A stretch of 64,000 nt of DNA. Source: Isurus oxyrinchus (lineage: Eukaryota). Shown piece by piece: positions 1 through 15,000 of the stretch. A model generated the notes under the pieces. It saw only the letters and a list, made by a program, of their open reading frames with translations. It was not told the DNA's origin and did no database searches. The DNA lies in assembly GCA_026770705.1 (NCBI GenBank), contig JANJGN010000016.1, positions 87,792,001 to 87,856,000 of the forward strand, read 5' to 3'. Within the stretch, counting starts at the first letter, position 1. Every line of letters begins with the position of its first letter. The position numbers and the translations under genes are program-made.

Positions 1-3000
1 CATGTGATCTCTGCATAGTATTTAGCATCAGCTTGTTTACACATGATCTCTTCTACATGTGATCTCTGAATAGTATTTAGCATCAGCTTGTTTACATGTG
101 ATCTCTTCTACACGTGATCTCTGAATAGTATTTAGCATCAGCTTGTTTTCACGTGATCTCTTCTACATGTGATTGCTGAATATTATTTAGCATCAGCTAC
201 TTTGCACATGATCTCTTCCACACGTGATCTCAGAATAGAATTTAGCATCAGCTACTTTACACGTGATCTCTTCCACATGTGTTCTCTGAATAGTATTTAG
301 CACCAGCTTGTTTTCACGTGATCTCTTCTACATGTGATCTGTGAATAGTATTTAGCATCAGCTACTTTACACGTGATCTCTTCTACACGTGATCTCTGAA
401 TAGAATTTAGCATCAGTTACTTTACACATGATCTCTTTTACACGTGATCTCTGAATAGTATTTAGCATCAGTTACTTTACACATGATCTCTTCTACACGT
501 GATCTCGGAATAGTATTTAGCATCAGCTACTTTACACGTGATCTCTTCTACACGTGATCTCTGAATAATACTTAGCATCAGCTAGTTTACACGTGATCTC
601 TTCTACATTTGATCTCTGAATAGTATTTAGCATCAGCTACTTTACACGTGATCTCTTCTACACGTGATCTCGGAATAGCATTTAGGATCAGCTACTTTAC
701 ACGTGATCTCTTCTACACATGATCTCTGATTAGTATTTAGCACCAGCTACTTTACACGTGATCCCTTCTACACGTGATCACTGAATAGAATTTAGCATCA
801 GCTACTTTACACATTATCCCTTTTACACATGATCACTGAATAGAATTTAGCATCAGTTACTTAACACATGATCTCTTCTACACTTGATCTCTGAATAGTA
901 TTTAGCATCCGCTACTTTACACATGATCTCTTCTACATGTGATCTCGGAATAGTATTTAGCATCAGTTACTTTACACATGATTTCATCCACACGTGATCT
1001 CTGAATAGTATTCAGCATCAGCTACTTTACATGTGATCTCTTCTACATGTGATCTCGGAATTGTATTTAGCATCAGCTACTTTACACGTGATCTCTTCTA
1101 CACATGATCTCAGAATAGTATTTAGCACCAGCTACTTTACACATGATCTCTTCTACACATGATCTCTGAATAGTATTTAGCATCAGCTTATTTACACGCG
1201 ATCTCTTCTACACATGATCTCTGAATATAATTTAGCATCAGCGACTTTACACGTGATCCTTTCTACACGTGATCTCAGAATAGTATGTAGCATCAGGTAG
1301 CTTACACATGATCTCTTCCACACATGATCTCTGAACAGTATTTTGCATCAGCTTGTTTACAGGTGATCTGTTCTACACGTGATCTCTGAACAGTATTTAG
1401 CATCAGCTACTTTACACATGATCCCTTTTACACGTGATCACTGAATAGAATTTAGCATCAGTTACTTAACACATGATCTCTTCTACACCTGATCTCTGAA
1501 TAGTATTTAGCATCAGTTACTTTACACATGATTTCTTCCACACGTGACCTCTGGATAGTATTTAGCATCAGCTACTTTACACGTGAACTCTTCTACAGGT
1601 CATCTTTGAATATTATTTAGCATCAACTACTTTACACGTGATCTCTTCTACACGTGATCTCTGAATAGTATTCAGCATCAGCTACTTTACACGTGATCTC
1701 TTCTACATGTGATCTCAGAATAGTATTTAGCACCAGCTACTTTACACGTGATCTCTTCTACACGTGATCTCTGAATAGTATTTAGCATCAGCTTATTTAC
1801 ACGCTATCTCTTCTACACATGATGTCTGAATATAATTTAGCATCAGCGACTTTACCCGTGATCCTTTCTACACGTGATCTCAGAATAGTATGTAGCATCA
1901 GGTAGCTTACACATGATCTCTTCCACACATGATCTCTGAACAGTATTTTGCATCAGCTTGTTTACAGGTGATCTGTTCTACACGTGATCTCTGAACAGTA
2001 TTTAGCATCAGCTTGTTTACACATGATCTCTTCTACACGTGATCTCTGAACAGTATTTAGCATCAGCTTGTTTGCACGTGATCTCTTCTACACGTGATCT
2101 CTGAACAGTATTTAGCATCAGCTTGTTTACACATGATCTCTTCTACACGTGATCTCTGAATAGTATTTAGCATCAGCTTGTTTACACATGATCTCTTCTA
2201 CACGTGATCTCTGAATATTATTTAGCATCAGCTACTTTACACATGATCTCTTCTACACGTGTTCTCTGAATAGTACTTAGCATCAGCTAGTTTACACGTG
2301 ATCTCTTCTACACGTGATCTCTGAATAGTATTTAGCATCAGCTTGTTTAAACTTGATCTCTTCTACACGTGGTATCGGAATAGTATTTAGCATCAGCAAC
2401 TTTACTCGTGATCTCTTCAACACAATATCTCTGACTAGTATTTAACTTCAGCTATCTTACACATGATGTCTTCTACACGTGATCACTTCTACACCTAATC
2501 TCTGAATAGTATTTAGCATCATATAGGTTACACATGATCTCTTCTATACCTGATCTCTGAATAGTATTTAGCTTCAGCTATCTTACACATAATCTCTTCC
2601 ACACATGATCACTTCTACACCTGATCTCTGAATAGTATTTTGCATCAGCTATCTTACACATAATCTCTTCTACACATGATCACTTCTACACCTGATCTCT
2701 GAACAGTATTTTGCATCAGTTACTTAACACGTGATCTCTTCTACACGTGATCTCAGAATAGTATTTAGCACAGATAGTTTACACATGATCTCTTCTACAC
2801 GTGTTCTCTAAGTAGTATTTAGCATCAGCTACTTTACACGTGATCTCTTCTACACGTTATCTCTGAATAGTATTTAGCATCAGCTACTTTACACGTGATC
2901 TCTTCTACACGTGATCTCAGAATAGTATTTAGCATCAGCTACTTTACACGTGATCTCTTCTACACGTTATCTCTGAATAGTATTTAGCATCAGCTACTTT

Positions 3001-6000
3001 ACACGTGATCTCTTCTACACATGATCTCTGAATAGTATTTAGCACAGATAGATTACACGTGATCTTTTCTACACGTGTTCTCTAAGTAATATTTAGCATC
3101 AGCTACTTTACACATTATCTCTTCTACACATGATCTCTGAATAGTATTTAGCATCATCTAATTTATACGTGATCTCTTCTACATGTCATCTCTGAATATT
3201 ATCTAGCATCAGCTACTTTACACGTGATCTCTTCTACACATGATCTCTTCTATATGTGATCTCTGAATAGTATTTTGCTTCAGCTAGTTTACACGTGATC
3301 TCTTCTGCATGTTATCACTGAATAGTATTTAGCATCATATAGTTTACACATGATCTCTTCTACACCTGATTTTTGAATAGTATTTAGCTTCAGCCAATTT
3401 ACTCGTGATCTCTTCCACACAAGATCTCTGAATAGTATTTAGCTTCAGCCAATTTACTCGTGATCTCTTCTACACATGATCTCTGAATAGTATTTAGCAC
3501 CAGCTACTTTATACATGATCTCTTTACAAGTGATCTCTGAATAGTATTCAGCATCAGCAGGTTTACACATGATCTCTTCTACATGTGATCTCTGAATAGT
3601 ATTTAGCACCAGCTAGTTTACACGTGATCTCTTCTACACGTGATCTCAGAATAGAATTTAGCATCAGCTACTTTACACGTAATCCCTTCTACACATGATC
3701 TCTGAATAGTATTTAGCACCAGCTACTTTACACGTGATCTCTTCTACACGTGATCTCAGAATAGAATTTAGCATCAGCTACTTTACACGTAATCCCTTCT
3801 ACACATGATCTCTGAATAGTATTTAGCACCAGCTACTTTCCACGTGATCCCTTCTACACGTGATCACCGAATAGAATTTAGCATCAGCTACTTTACACGT
3901 GATCCCTTCTACACGTGATCACTGAATAGTATTTAGCATCAGCTACTTTACACATGATCTCTTCTACACATGATCTCTGAATATTATTTAGCATCAACTA
4001 CTTTACTCGTGATCTCTTCTATATGTCATTACTGAATATTATTTAGCATCAGTTACTTTACACATGATCTCTTCTACACGTAATCTCTGAATAGTATTTA
4101 GCATCAGTTACTTTACACATGATCTCTTCCACATGTGATCTCTGAATAGTATTTAGCACCAGCTACTTTACACGTGATCCCTTCTACATGTGATCTCCGA
4201 ATACTATTTAGCATCAGCTAATTTACACGTGATCTTTTCTACACGTGATCTCTGAATAGTATTTAGCATCAGCTTGTTTACATGTGATCTCTTCAACACG
4301 TGATCTCTGAATAGTATTTAGCATCAGCTTGTTTTCACGTGATCTCTTCTACATGTGATCGCTGAATATTATTTAGCATCAGCTACTTTGCACGTGATCT
4401 CTTCCACACGTGATCTCAGAATAGAATTTAGCATCAGCTACTTTAAACGTGATCTCTTCCACATGTGTTCTATGAATAGTATTTAGCATCAGCTTGTTTT
4501 CACGTGATCTCTTCTACATGTGATCTGTGAATAGTATTTAGCATCAGCTACTTTACACGTGATCTCTTCTACACGTGATCTCAGAATAGAATTTAGCATC
4601 AGCTACTTTACACGTGATCTCTTCCACATGTGTTCTCTGAATAGTATTTAGCATCAGCTTGTTTTCACGTGATCTCTTCTACATGTGATCTGTGAATAGT
4701 ATTTAGCACCAGCTACTTTACACGTGATCCCTTCTACACGTGATCACTGAATAGAATTTAGCATCAGCTACTTTACACGTGATCCCTTCTACACGTGATC
4801 ACTGAATATTATTTAGCATCAGTTACTTTACACATGATCTCTTTTACACGTGATCTCTGAATAGTATTTAGCATCAGTTACTTTACACATGATCTCTTCT
4901 ACACGTGATCTCGGAATAGTATTTAGCATCAGCTACTTTACACGTGATCTCTTCTACACGTGATCTCTGAATAATACTTAGCATCAGCTAGTTTACACGT
5001 GATCTCTTCTACATGTGATCTCTGAATAGTATTTAGCATCAGCTACTTTACACGTGATCTCTTCTACACGTGATCTCAGAATAGTATGTGGCATCAGGTA
5101 GCTTACACATGATCTCTTCCACACATGATCTCTGAACAGTATTTAGCACCAGCTTGTTTACAGGTGATCTGTTCTACATGTGATCTCTGAACAGTATTTA
5201 GCATCAGCTACTTTACACATGATCCCTTTTACACGTGATCACTGAATAGAATTTAGCATCAGTTACTTAACACATGATCTCTTCTACACTTGATCTCTGA
5301 ATAGTATTTAGCATCAGCTACTTTACACATGATCTCTTCTACACATGATCTCTGAATAGTATTTAGCATTAGTTACTTTACACATGATTTCTTCCACACG
5401 TGACCTCTGAATAGTATTTAGCATCAGCTACTTTACACGTGAACTCTTCTACAGGTCATCTTTGAATATTATTTAGCATCAACTACTTTACACGTGATCT
5501 CTTCTACATGTGATCTCAGAATAGTATTTAGCATCAGCTACTTTACACGTGATCTCTTCTACACATGATCTCAGAATAGTATTTAGCACCAGCTACTTTA
5601 CACGTGATCTCTTCTACACGTGATCTCTGAATAGTATTTAGCATCAGCTTATTTACACGCGATCTCTTCTACACATGATCTCTGAATATAATTTAGCATC
5701 AGCGACTTTACACGTGATCCTTTCTACACGTGATCTCAGAATAGTATGTAGCATCAGGTAGCTTACACATGATCTCTTCCACACATGATCTCTGAACAGT
5801 ATTTTGCATCAGCTTGTTTACAGGTGATCTGTTCTACACGTGATCTCTGAACAGTATTTAGCATCAGCTTGTTTACACATGATCTCTTCTACACGTGATC
5901 TCTGAACAGTATTTAGCATCAGCTACTTTACACATGATCTCTTCTACACGTGATCTCTGAATAGTATTTAGCATCAGCTTGTTTACACGTGATCTCTTCT

Positions 6001-9000
6001 ACACGTGATATCGGAATAGTATTTAGCATCAGCAACTTTACTCGTGATCTCTTCAACACAATATCTCTGACTAGTATTTAACTTCAGCTATCTTACACAT
6101 GATGTCTTCTACACGTGATCACTTCTACACCTAATCTCTGAATAGCATTTAGCATCATATAGGTTACACATGATCTCTTCTATACCTGATCTCTGAATAG
6201 TATTTAGCTTCAGCTATCTTACACATGATCTCTTCTACACGTGATCTCTGAATAGTATTTAGCTTCAGCTATCTTACACATGATCTCTTCTACACATGAT
6301 CACTTCTACACCTGATCTCTGAACAGTATTTTGCATCAGTTACTTAACACGTGATCTCTTCTACACGTGATCTCAGAATAGTATTTAGCACAGATAGTTT
6401 ACACATGATCTCTTCTACACGTGTTCTCTAAGTAGTATTTAGCATCAGCTACTTTACACGTGATCTCTTCTACACATGATCTCTGAATAGTATTTAGCAC
6501 AGATAGATTACACGTGATCTTTTCTACACGTGTTCTCTAAGTAGTAATTAGCATCAGCTACTTTACACATTATCTCTTCTACACATGATCTCTGAATAGT
6601 ATTTAGCATCATCTAATTTATACGTGATCTCTTCTACATGTCATCTCTGAATATTATCTAGCATCAGCTACTTTACACGTGATCTCTTCTACACGTGATC
6701 TCTTCTATATGTGATCTCTGAATAGTATTTTGCTTCAGCTAGTTTACACGTGATCTCTTCTGCATGTTATCACTGAATAGTATTTAGCATCATATAGTTT
6801 ACACATGATCTCTTCTACACCTGATTTTTGAATAGTATTTAGCTTCAGCCAATTTACTCGTGATCTCTTCCACACAAGATCTCTGAATAGTATTTAGCTT
6901 CAGCTATCTTACACATAATCTCTTCCACACATGATCTCTTCTGCACCTGATCTCTGAATAGTATTTTGCATCAGCTACTTTACTCGTGATCTCTTCTATA
7001 TGAGATCTCTGAATAGTATTTTGCTTCAGCTAGTTTACACATGATCTCTTCTACACGTGATCTCTGAATAGTATTTAGCATGATATAGTTTACACATGAT
7101 CTCTTCTACACGTGATCTCTGAATAGTATTTAGCATCAGCTTGTTTAAACTTGATCTCTTCTACACGTGGTATCGGAATAGTATTTAGCATCAGCAACTT
7201 TACTCGTGATCTCTTCAACACAATATCTCTGACTAGTATTTAACTTCAGCTATCTTACACATGATGTCTTCTACACGTGATCACTTCTACACCTAATCTC
7301 TGAATAGTATTTAGCATCATATAGGTTACACATGATCTCTTCTATACCTGATCTCTGAATAGTATTTAGCTTCAGCTATCTTACACATAATCTCTTCCAC
7401 ACATGATCACTTCTACACCTGATCTCTGAATAGTATTTTGCATCAGCTATCTTACACATAATCTCTTCTACACATGATCACTTCTACACCTGATCTCTGA
7501 ACAGTATTTTGCATCAGTTACTTAACACGTGATCTCTTCTACACGTGATCTCAGAATAGTATTTAGCACAGATAGTTTACACATGATCTCTTCTACACGT
7601 GTTCTCTAAGTAGTATTTAGCATCAGCTACTTTACACGTGATCTCTTCTACACGTTATCTCTGAATAGTATTTAGCATCAGCTACTTTACACGTGATCTC
7701 TTCTACACGTGATCTCAGAATAGTATTTAGCATCAGCTACTTTACACGTGATCTCTTCTACACGTTATCTCTGAATAGTATTTAGCATCAGCTACTTTAC
7801 ACGTGATCTCTTCTACACATGATCTCTGAATAGTATTTAGCACAGATAGATTACACGTGATCTTTTCTACACGTGTTCTCTAAGTAATATTTAGCATCAG
7901 CTACTTTACACATTATCTCTTCTACACATGATCTCTGAATAGTATTTAGCATCATCTAATTTATACGTGATCTCTTCTACATGTCATCTCTGAATATTAT
8001 CTAGCATCAGCTACTTTACACGTGATCTCTTCTACACATGATCTCTTCTATATGTGATCTCTGAATAGTATTTTGCTTCAGCTAGTTTACACGTGATCTC
8101 TTCTGCATGTTATCACTGAATAGTATTTAGCATCATATAGTTTACACATGATCTCTTCTACACCTGATATCTGAATAGTATTTAGCTTCAGCCAATTTAC
8201 TCGTGATCTCTTCCACACAAGATCTCTGAATAGTATTTAGCTTCAGCCAATTTACTCGTGATCTCTTCTACACATGATCTCTGAATAGTATTTAGCACCA
8301 GCTACTTTATACATGATCTCTTTACAAGTGATCTCTGAATAGTATTCAGCATCAGCAGGTTTACACATGATCTCTTCTACATGTGATCTCTGAATAGTAT
8401 TTAGCACCAGCTAGTTTACACGTGATCTCTTCTACACGTGATCTCAGAATAGAATTTAGCATCAGCTACTTTACACGTAATCCCTTCTACACATGATCTC
8501 TGAATAGTATTTAGCACCAGCTACTTTACACGTGATCTCTTCTACACGTGATCTCAGAATAGAATTTAGCATCAGCTACTTTACACGTAATCCCTTCTAC
8601 ACATGATCTCTGAATAGTATTTAGCACCAGCTACTTTCCACGTGATCCCTTCTACACGTGATCGCCGAATAGAATTTAGCATCAGCTACTTTACACGTGA
8701 TCCCTTCTACACGTGATCACTGAATAGTATTTAGCATCAGCTACTTTACACATGATCTCTTCTACACATGATCTCTGAATATTATTTAGCATCAACTACT
8801 TTACTCGTGATCTCTTCTATATGTCATTACTGAATATTATTTAGCATCAGTTACTTTACACATGATCTCTTCTACACGTAATCTCTGAATAGTATTTAGC
8901 ATCAGTTACTTTACACATGATCTCTTCCACATGTGATCTCTGAATAGTATTTAGCACCAGCTACTTTACACGTGATCCCTTCTACATGTGATCTCCGAAT

Positions 9001-12000
9001 ACTATTTAGCATCAGCTAATTTACACGTGATCTTTTCTACACGTGATCTCTGAATAGTATTTAGCATCAGCTTGTTTACATGTGATCTCTTCAACACGTG
9101 ATCTCTGAATAGTATTTAGCATCAGCTTGTTTTCACGTGATCTCTTCTACATGTGATCGCTGAATATTATTTAGCATCAGCTACTTTGCACGTGATCTCT
9201 TCCACACGTGATCTCAGAATAGAATTTAGCATCAGCTACTTTAAACGTGATCTCTTCCACATGTGTTCTATGAATAGTATTTAGCATCAGCTTGTTTTCA
9301 CGTGATCTCTTCTACATGTGATCTGTGAATAGTATTTAGCATCAGCTACTTTACACGTGATCTCTTCTACACGTGATCTCAGAATAGAATTTAGCATCAG
9401 CTACTTTACACGTGATCTCTTCCACATGTGTTCTCTGAATAGTATTTAGCATCAGCTTGTTTTCACGTGATCTCTTCTACATGTGATCTGTGAATAGTAT
9501 TTAGCACCAGCTACTTTACACGTGATCCCTTCTACACGTGATCACTGAATAGAATTTAGCATCAGCTACTTTACACGTGATCCCTTCTACACGTGATCAC
9601 TGAATATTATTTAGCATCAGTTACTTTACACATGATCTCTTTTACACGTGATCTCTGAATAGTATTTAGCATCAGTTACTTTACACATGATCTCTTCTAC
9701 ACGTGATCTCGGAATAGTATTTAGCATCAGCTACTTTACACGTGATCTCTTCTACACGTGATCTCTGAATAATACTTAGCATCAGCTAGTTTACACGTGA
9801 TCTCTTCTACATGTGATCTCTGAATAGTATTTAGCATCAGCTACTTTACACGTGATCTCTTCTACACGTGATCTCAGAATAGTATGTGGCATCAGGTAGC
9901 TTACACATGATCTCTTCCACACATGATCTCTGAACAGTATTTAGCACCAGCTTGTTTACAGGTGATCTGTTCTACATGTGATCTCTGAACAGTATTTAGC
10001 ATCAGCTACTTTACACATGATCCCTTTTACACGTGATCACTGAATAGAATTTAGCATCAGTTACTTAACACATGATCTCTTCTACACTTGATCTCTGAAT
10101 AGTATTTAGCATCAGCTACTTTACACATGATCTCTTCTACACATGATCTCTGAATAGTATTTAGCATTAGTTACTTTACACATGATTTCTTCCACACGTG
10201 ACCTCTGAATAGTATTTAGCATCAGCTACTTTACACGTGAACTCTTCTACAGGTCATCTTTGAATATTATTTAGCATCAACTACTTTACACGTGATCTCT
10301 TCTACATGTGATCTCAGAATAGTATTTAGCATCAGCTACTTTACACGTGATCTCTTCTACACATGATCTCAGAATAGTATTTAGCACCAGCTACTTTACA
10401 CGTGATCTCTTCTACACGTGATCTCTGAATAGTATTTAGCATCAGCTTATTTACACGCGATCTCTTCTACACATGATCTCTGAATATAATTTAGCATCAG
10501 CGACTTTACACGTGATCCTTTCTACACGTGATCTCAGAATAGTATGTAGCATCAGGTAGCTTACACATGATCTCTTCCACACATGATCTCTGAACAGTAT
10601 TTTGCATCAGCTTGTTTACAGGTGATCTGTTCTACACGTGATCTCTGAACAGTATTTAGCATCAGCTTGTTTACACATGATCTCTTCTACACGTGATCTC
10701 TGAACAGTATTTAGCATCAGCTACTTTACACATGATCTCTTCTACACGTGATCTCTGAATAGTATTTAGCATCAGCTTGTTTACACGTGATCTCTTCTAC
10801 ACGTGATATCGGAATAGTATTTAGCATCAGCAACTTTACTCGTGATCTCTTCAACACAATATCTCTGACTAGTATTTAACTTCAGCTATCTTACACATGA
10901 TGTCTTCTACACGTGATCACTTCTACACCTAATCTCTGAATAGCATTTAGCATCATATAGGTTACACATGATCTCTTCTATACCTGATCTCTGAATAGTA
11001 TTTAGCTTCAGCTATCTTACACATGATCTCTTCTACACGTGATCTCTGAATAGTATTTAGCTTCAGCTATCTTACACATGATCTCTTCTACACATGATCA
11101 CTTCTACACCTGATCTCTGAACAGTATTTTGCATCAGTTACTTAACACGTGATCTCTTCTACACGTGATCTCAGAATAGTATTTAGCACAGATAGTTTAC
11201 ACATGATCTCTTCTACACGTGTTCTCTAAGTAGTATTTAGCATCAGCTACTTTACACGTGATCTCTTCTACACATGATCTCTGAATAGTATTTAGCACAG
11301 ATAGATTACACGTGATCTTTTCTACACGTGTTCTCTAAGTAGTAATTAGCATCAGCTACTTTACACATTATCTCTTCTACACATGATCTCTGAATAGTAT
11401 TTAGCATCATCTAATTTATACGTGATCTCTTCTACATGTCATCTCTGAATATTATCTAGCATCAGCTACTTTACACGTGATCTCTTCTACACGTGATCTC
11501 TTCTATATGTGATCTCTGAATAGTATTTTGCTTCAGCTAGTTTACACGTGATCTCTTCTGCATGTTATCACTGAATAGTATTTAGCATCATATAGTTTAC
11601 ACATGATCTCTTCTACACCTGATTTTTGAATAGTATTTAGCTTCAGCCAATTTACTCGTGATCTCTTCCACACAAGATCTCTGAATAGTATTTAGCTTCA
11701 GCTATCTTACACATAATCTCTTCCACACATGATCTCTTCTGCACCTGATCTCTGAATAGTATTTTGCATCAGCTACTTTACTCGTGATCTCTTCTATATG
11801 AGATCTCTGAATAGTATTTTGCTTCAGCTAGTTTACACATGATCTCTTCTACACGTGATCTCTGAATAGTATTTAGCATGATATAGTTTACACATGATCT
11901 CTTCTACACGTGATCTCTGAATAGTATTTTGCTTCAGCTAGTTTACACATGATCTCTTCTACATGTGATCTCTTCTGCACCTGATCTCTGAATAGTATTT

Positions 12001-15000
12001 TGCATCAGCTACTTAACACATGATCTCCTCTACACGTGTTCTCTGAATACTATTTAGCATCAGCTACTTTACACGTGATCTCTTCTGCACCTGATCTCTG
12101 AATAGTATTTAGCATCAGCTTGTTTACACGTGATCTCTTCTACACGTGATCTCTGAATAGTACTTAGCATCAGCTTGTTTACACATGATCTCTTCTACAT
12201 GTGATCTCTGAATAGTATTTAGCATCAGCTTGTTTACACGTGATCTCTTCTACATGTGATCGCTGAATATTATTTAGCATCAGCTACTTTACACATGATC
12301 TCTTCTACACATGATCTCAGAATACCATTTAGCATCAGCTACTTTACACGTGATCTATTCTACATGTGATCTCTGAATAGTATTTAGCATCAGCTTGTTT
12401 ACACATGATCTCTTCTACATGTGATCGCTGAATATTATTTAGCATCAGCTACTTTACATGTGATCTCTTCTACTCTTGATCTCGGAATACCATTTAGCAT
12501 CAGCTACTTTACACATGATCTCTTCTACACATGATCTCTGAATAGTATTTAGCACCAGCTACTTTATACATGATCTCTTTACAAGTGATCTCTGAATAGT
12601 ATTCAGCATCAGCAAGTTTACACATGATCTCTTCTACATGTGATCTCTGAATAGTATTTAGCACCAGCTAGTTTACACGTGATCTCTTCTACACGTGATC
12701 TCAGAATAGAATTTAGCATCAGCTACTTTACACGTAATCCCTTCTACACATGATCTCTGAATAGTATTTAGCACCAGCTACTTTACACGTGATCTCTTCT
12801 ACACGTGATCTCAGAATAGAATTTAGCATCAGCTACTTTACACGTAATCCCTTCTACACATGATCTCTGAATAGTATTTAGCACCAGCTACTTTCCACGT
12901 GATCCCTTCTACACGTGATCACTGAATAGAATTTAGCATCAGCTACTTTACACGTGATCCCTTCTACACATGATCACTGAATAGTATTTAGCATCAGATA
13001 CTTTACACATGAACTCTTCTACACATGATCTCTGAATATTATTTAGCATCAACTACTTTACTCGTGATCTCTTCTATATGTCATTACTGAATATTATTTA
13101 GCATCAGTTACTTTACACATGATCTCTTCTACACGTAATCTCTGAATAGTATTTAGCATCAGTTACTTTACACATGATCTCTTCTACACATGATCTCTGA
13201 ATATTATTTAGCATCAACTACTTTACTCGTGATCTCTTCTATATGTCATTACTGAATATTATTTAGCATCAGTTACTTTACACATGATCTCTTCTGCACC
13301 TGATCTCTGAATAACATTTAGCATCAGCTAGTTAACGTGATCTCTTCAACACATGTTCTCTGAATAGTATTTTGCATCAACTACTTTACACCTGATCTCT
13401 TCTACATGTGATCTCTGAATAGTATTTAGCATCAGCTAATTTACACGTGACCTCTTCTACACGTGATCTCTGAATAGTATTTAGCATCAGCTACTTTACA
13501 CGTGATCTCTTCTGCACCTGATCTCTGAATAACATTTAGCATCAGCTAGTTAACGTGATCTCTTCAACACATGTTCTCTGAATAGTATTTTGCATCAACT
13601 ACTTTACACCTGATCTCTTCTACATGTGATCTCTGAATAGTATTTAGCATCAGCTAATTTACACGTGACCTCTTCTACACGTGATCTCTGAATAGTATTT
13701 AGCATCAGCTACTTTACACGTGATCTCTTCTGCACCTGATCTCTGAATAACATTTAGCATCAGCTAGTTAACGTGATCTCTTCAAAACGTGTTCTCTGAA
13801 TAGTATTTTGCATCAGCTACTTTACACCTGATCTCTTCTACATGTGATCTCTGAATAGTATTTAGCATCAGCTTGTTTACATTTGATCTCTTCTACATGT
13901 GATCTCTGCATAGTATTTAGCATCAGCTTGTTTACACATGATCTCTTCTACATGTGATCTCTGAATAGTATTTAGCATCAGCTAATTTACACGTGATCTC
14001 TTCTACACGTGATCTCTGAATAGTATTTAGCATCAGCTTGTTTAAATGTGATCTCTTCTACACGTGATCTCTGAATAGTATTTAGCATCAGCTTGTTTTC
14101 ACGTGATCTCTTCTACATGTGATCGCTGAATATTATTTAGCATCAGCTACTTTGCACGTGATCTCTTCCACACGTGATCTCAGAATAGAATTTAGCATCA
14201 GCTACTTTACACGTGATCTCTTCCACATGTGTTCTCTGAATAGTATTTAGCATCAGCTTGTTTTCACGTGATCTCTTCTGCATGTGATCTGTGAATAGTA
14301 TTTAGCACCAGCTACTTTACACGTGATCCCTTCTACACGTGATCACTGAATAGAATTTAGCATCAGCTACTTTACACGTGATCCCTTCTACACGTGATCA
14401 CTGAATATTATTTAGCATCAGTTACTTTACACATGATCTCTTTTACACGTGATCTCTGAATAGTATTTAGCATCAGTTACTTTACACATGATCTCTTCTA
14501 CACGTGATCTCGGAATAGTATTTAGCATCAGCTACTTTACACGTGATCTCTTCTACACGTGATCTCTGAATAGTATTTAGCACCAGCTACTTTACACGTG
14601 ATCCCTTCTACACGTGATCACTGAATAGAATTTAGCATCAGCTACTTTACACATTATCCCTTTTACACATGATCACTGAATAGAATTTAGCATCAGTTAC
14701 TTAACACATGATCTCTTCTACACTTGATCTCTGAATAGTATTTAGCATCAGCTACTTTACACATGATCTCTTCTACATGTGATCTCGGAATAGTATTTAG
14801 CATCAGTTACTTTACACATGATTTCTTCCACACGTGACCTCTGAATAGTATTTAGCATCAGCTACTTTACACGTGAACTCTTCTACAGGTCATCTCTGAA
14901 TATTATTTAGCATCAACTACTTTACACGTGATCTCTTCTACACGTGATCTCTGAATAGTATTCAGCATCAGCTACTTTACATGTGATCTCTTCTACATGT

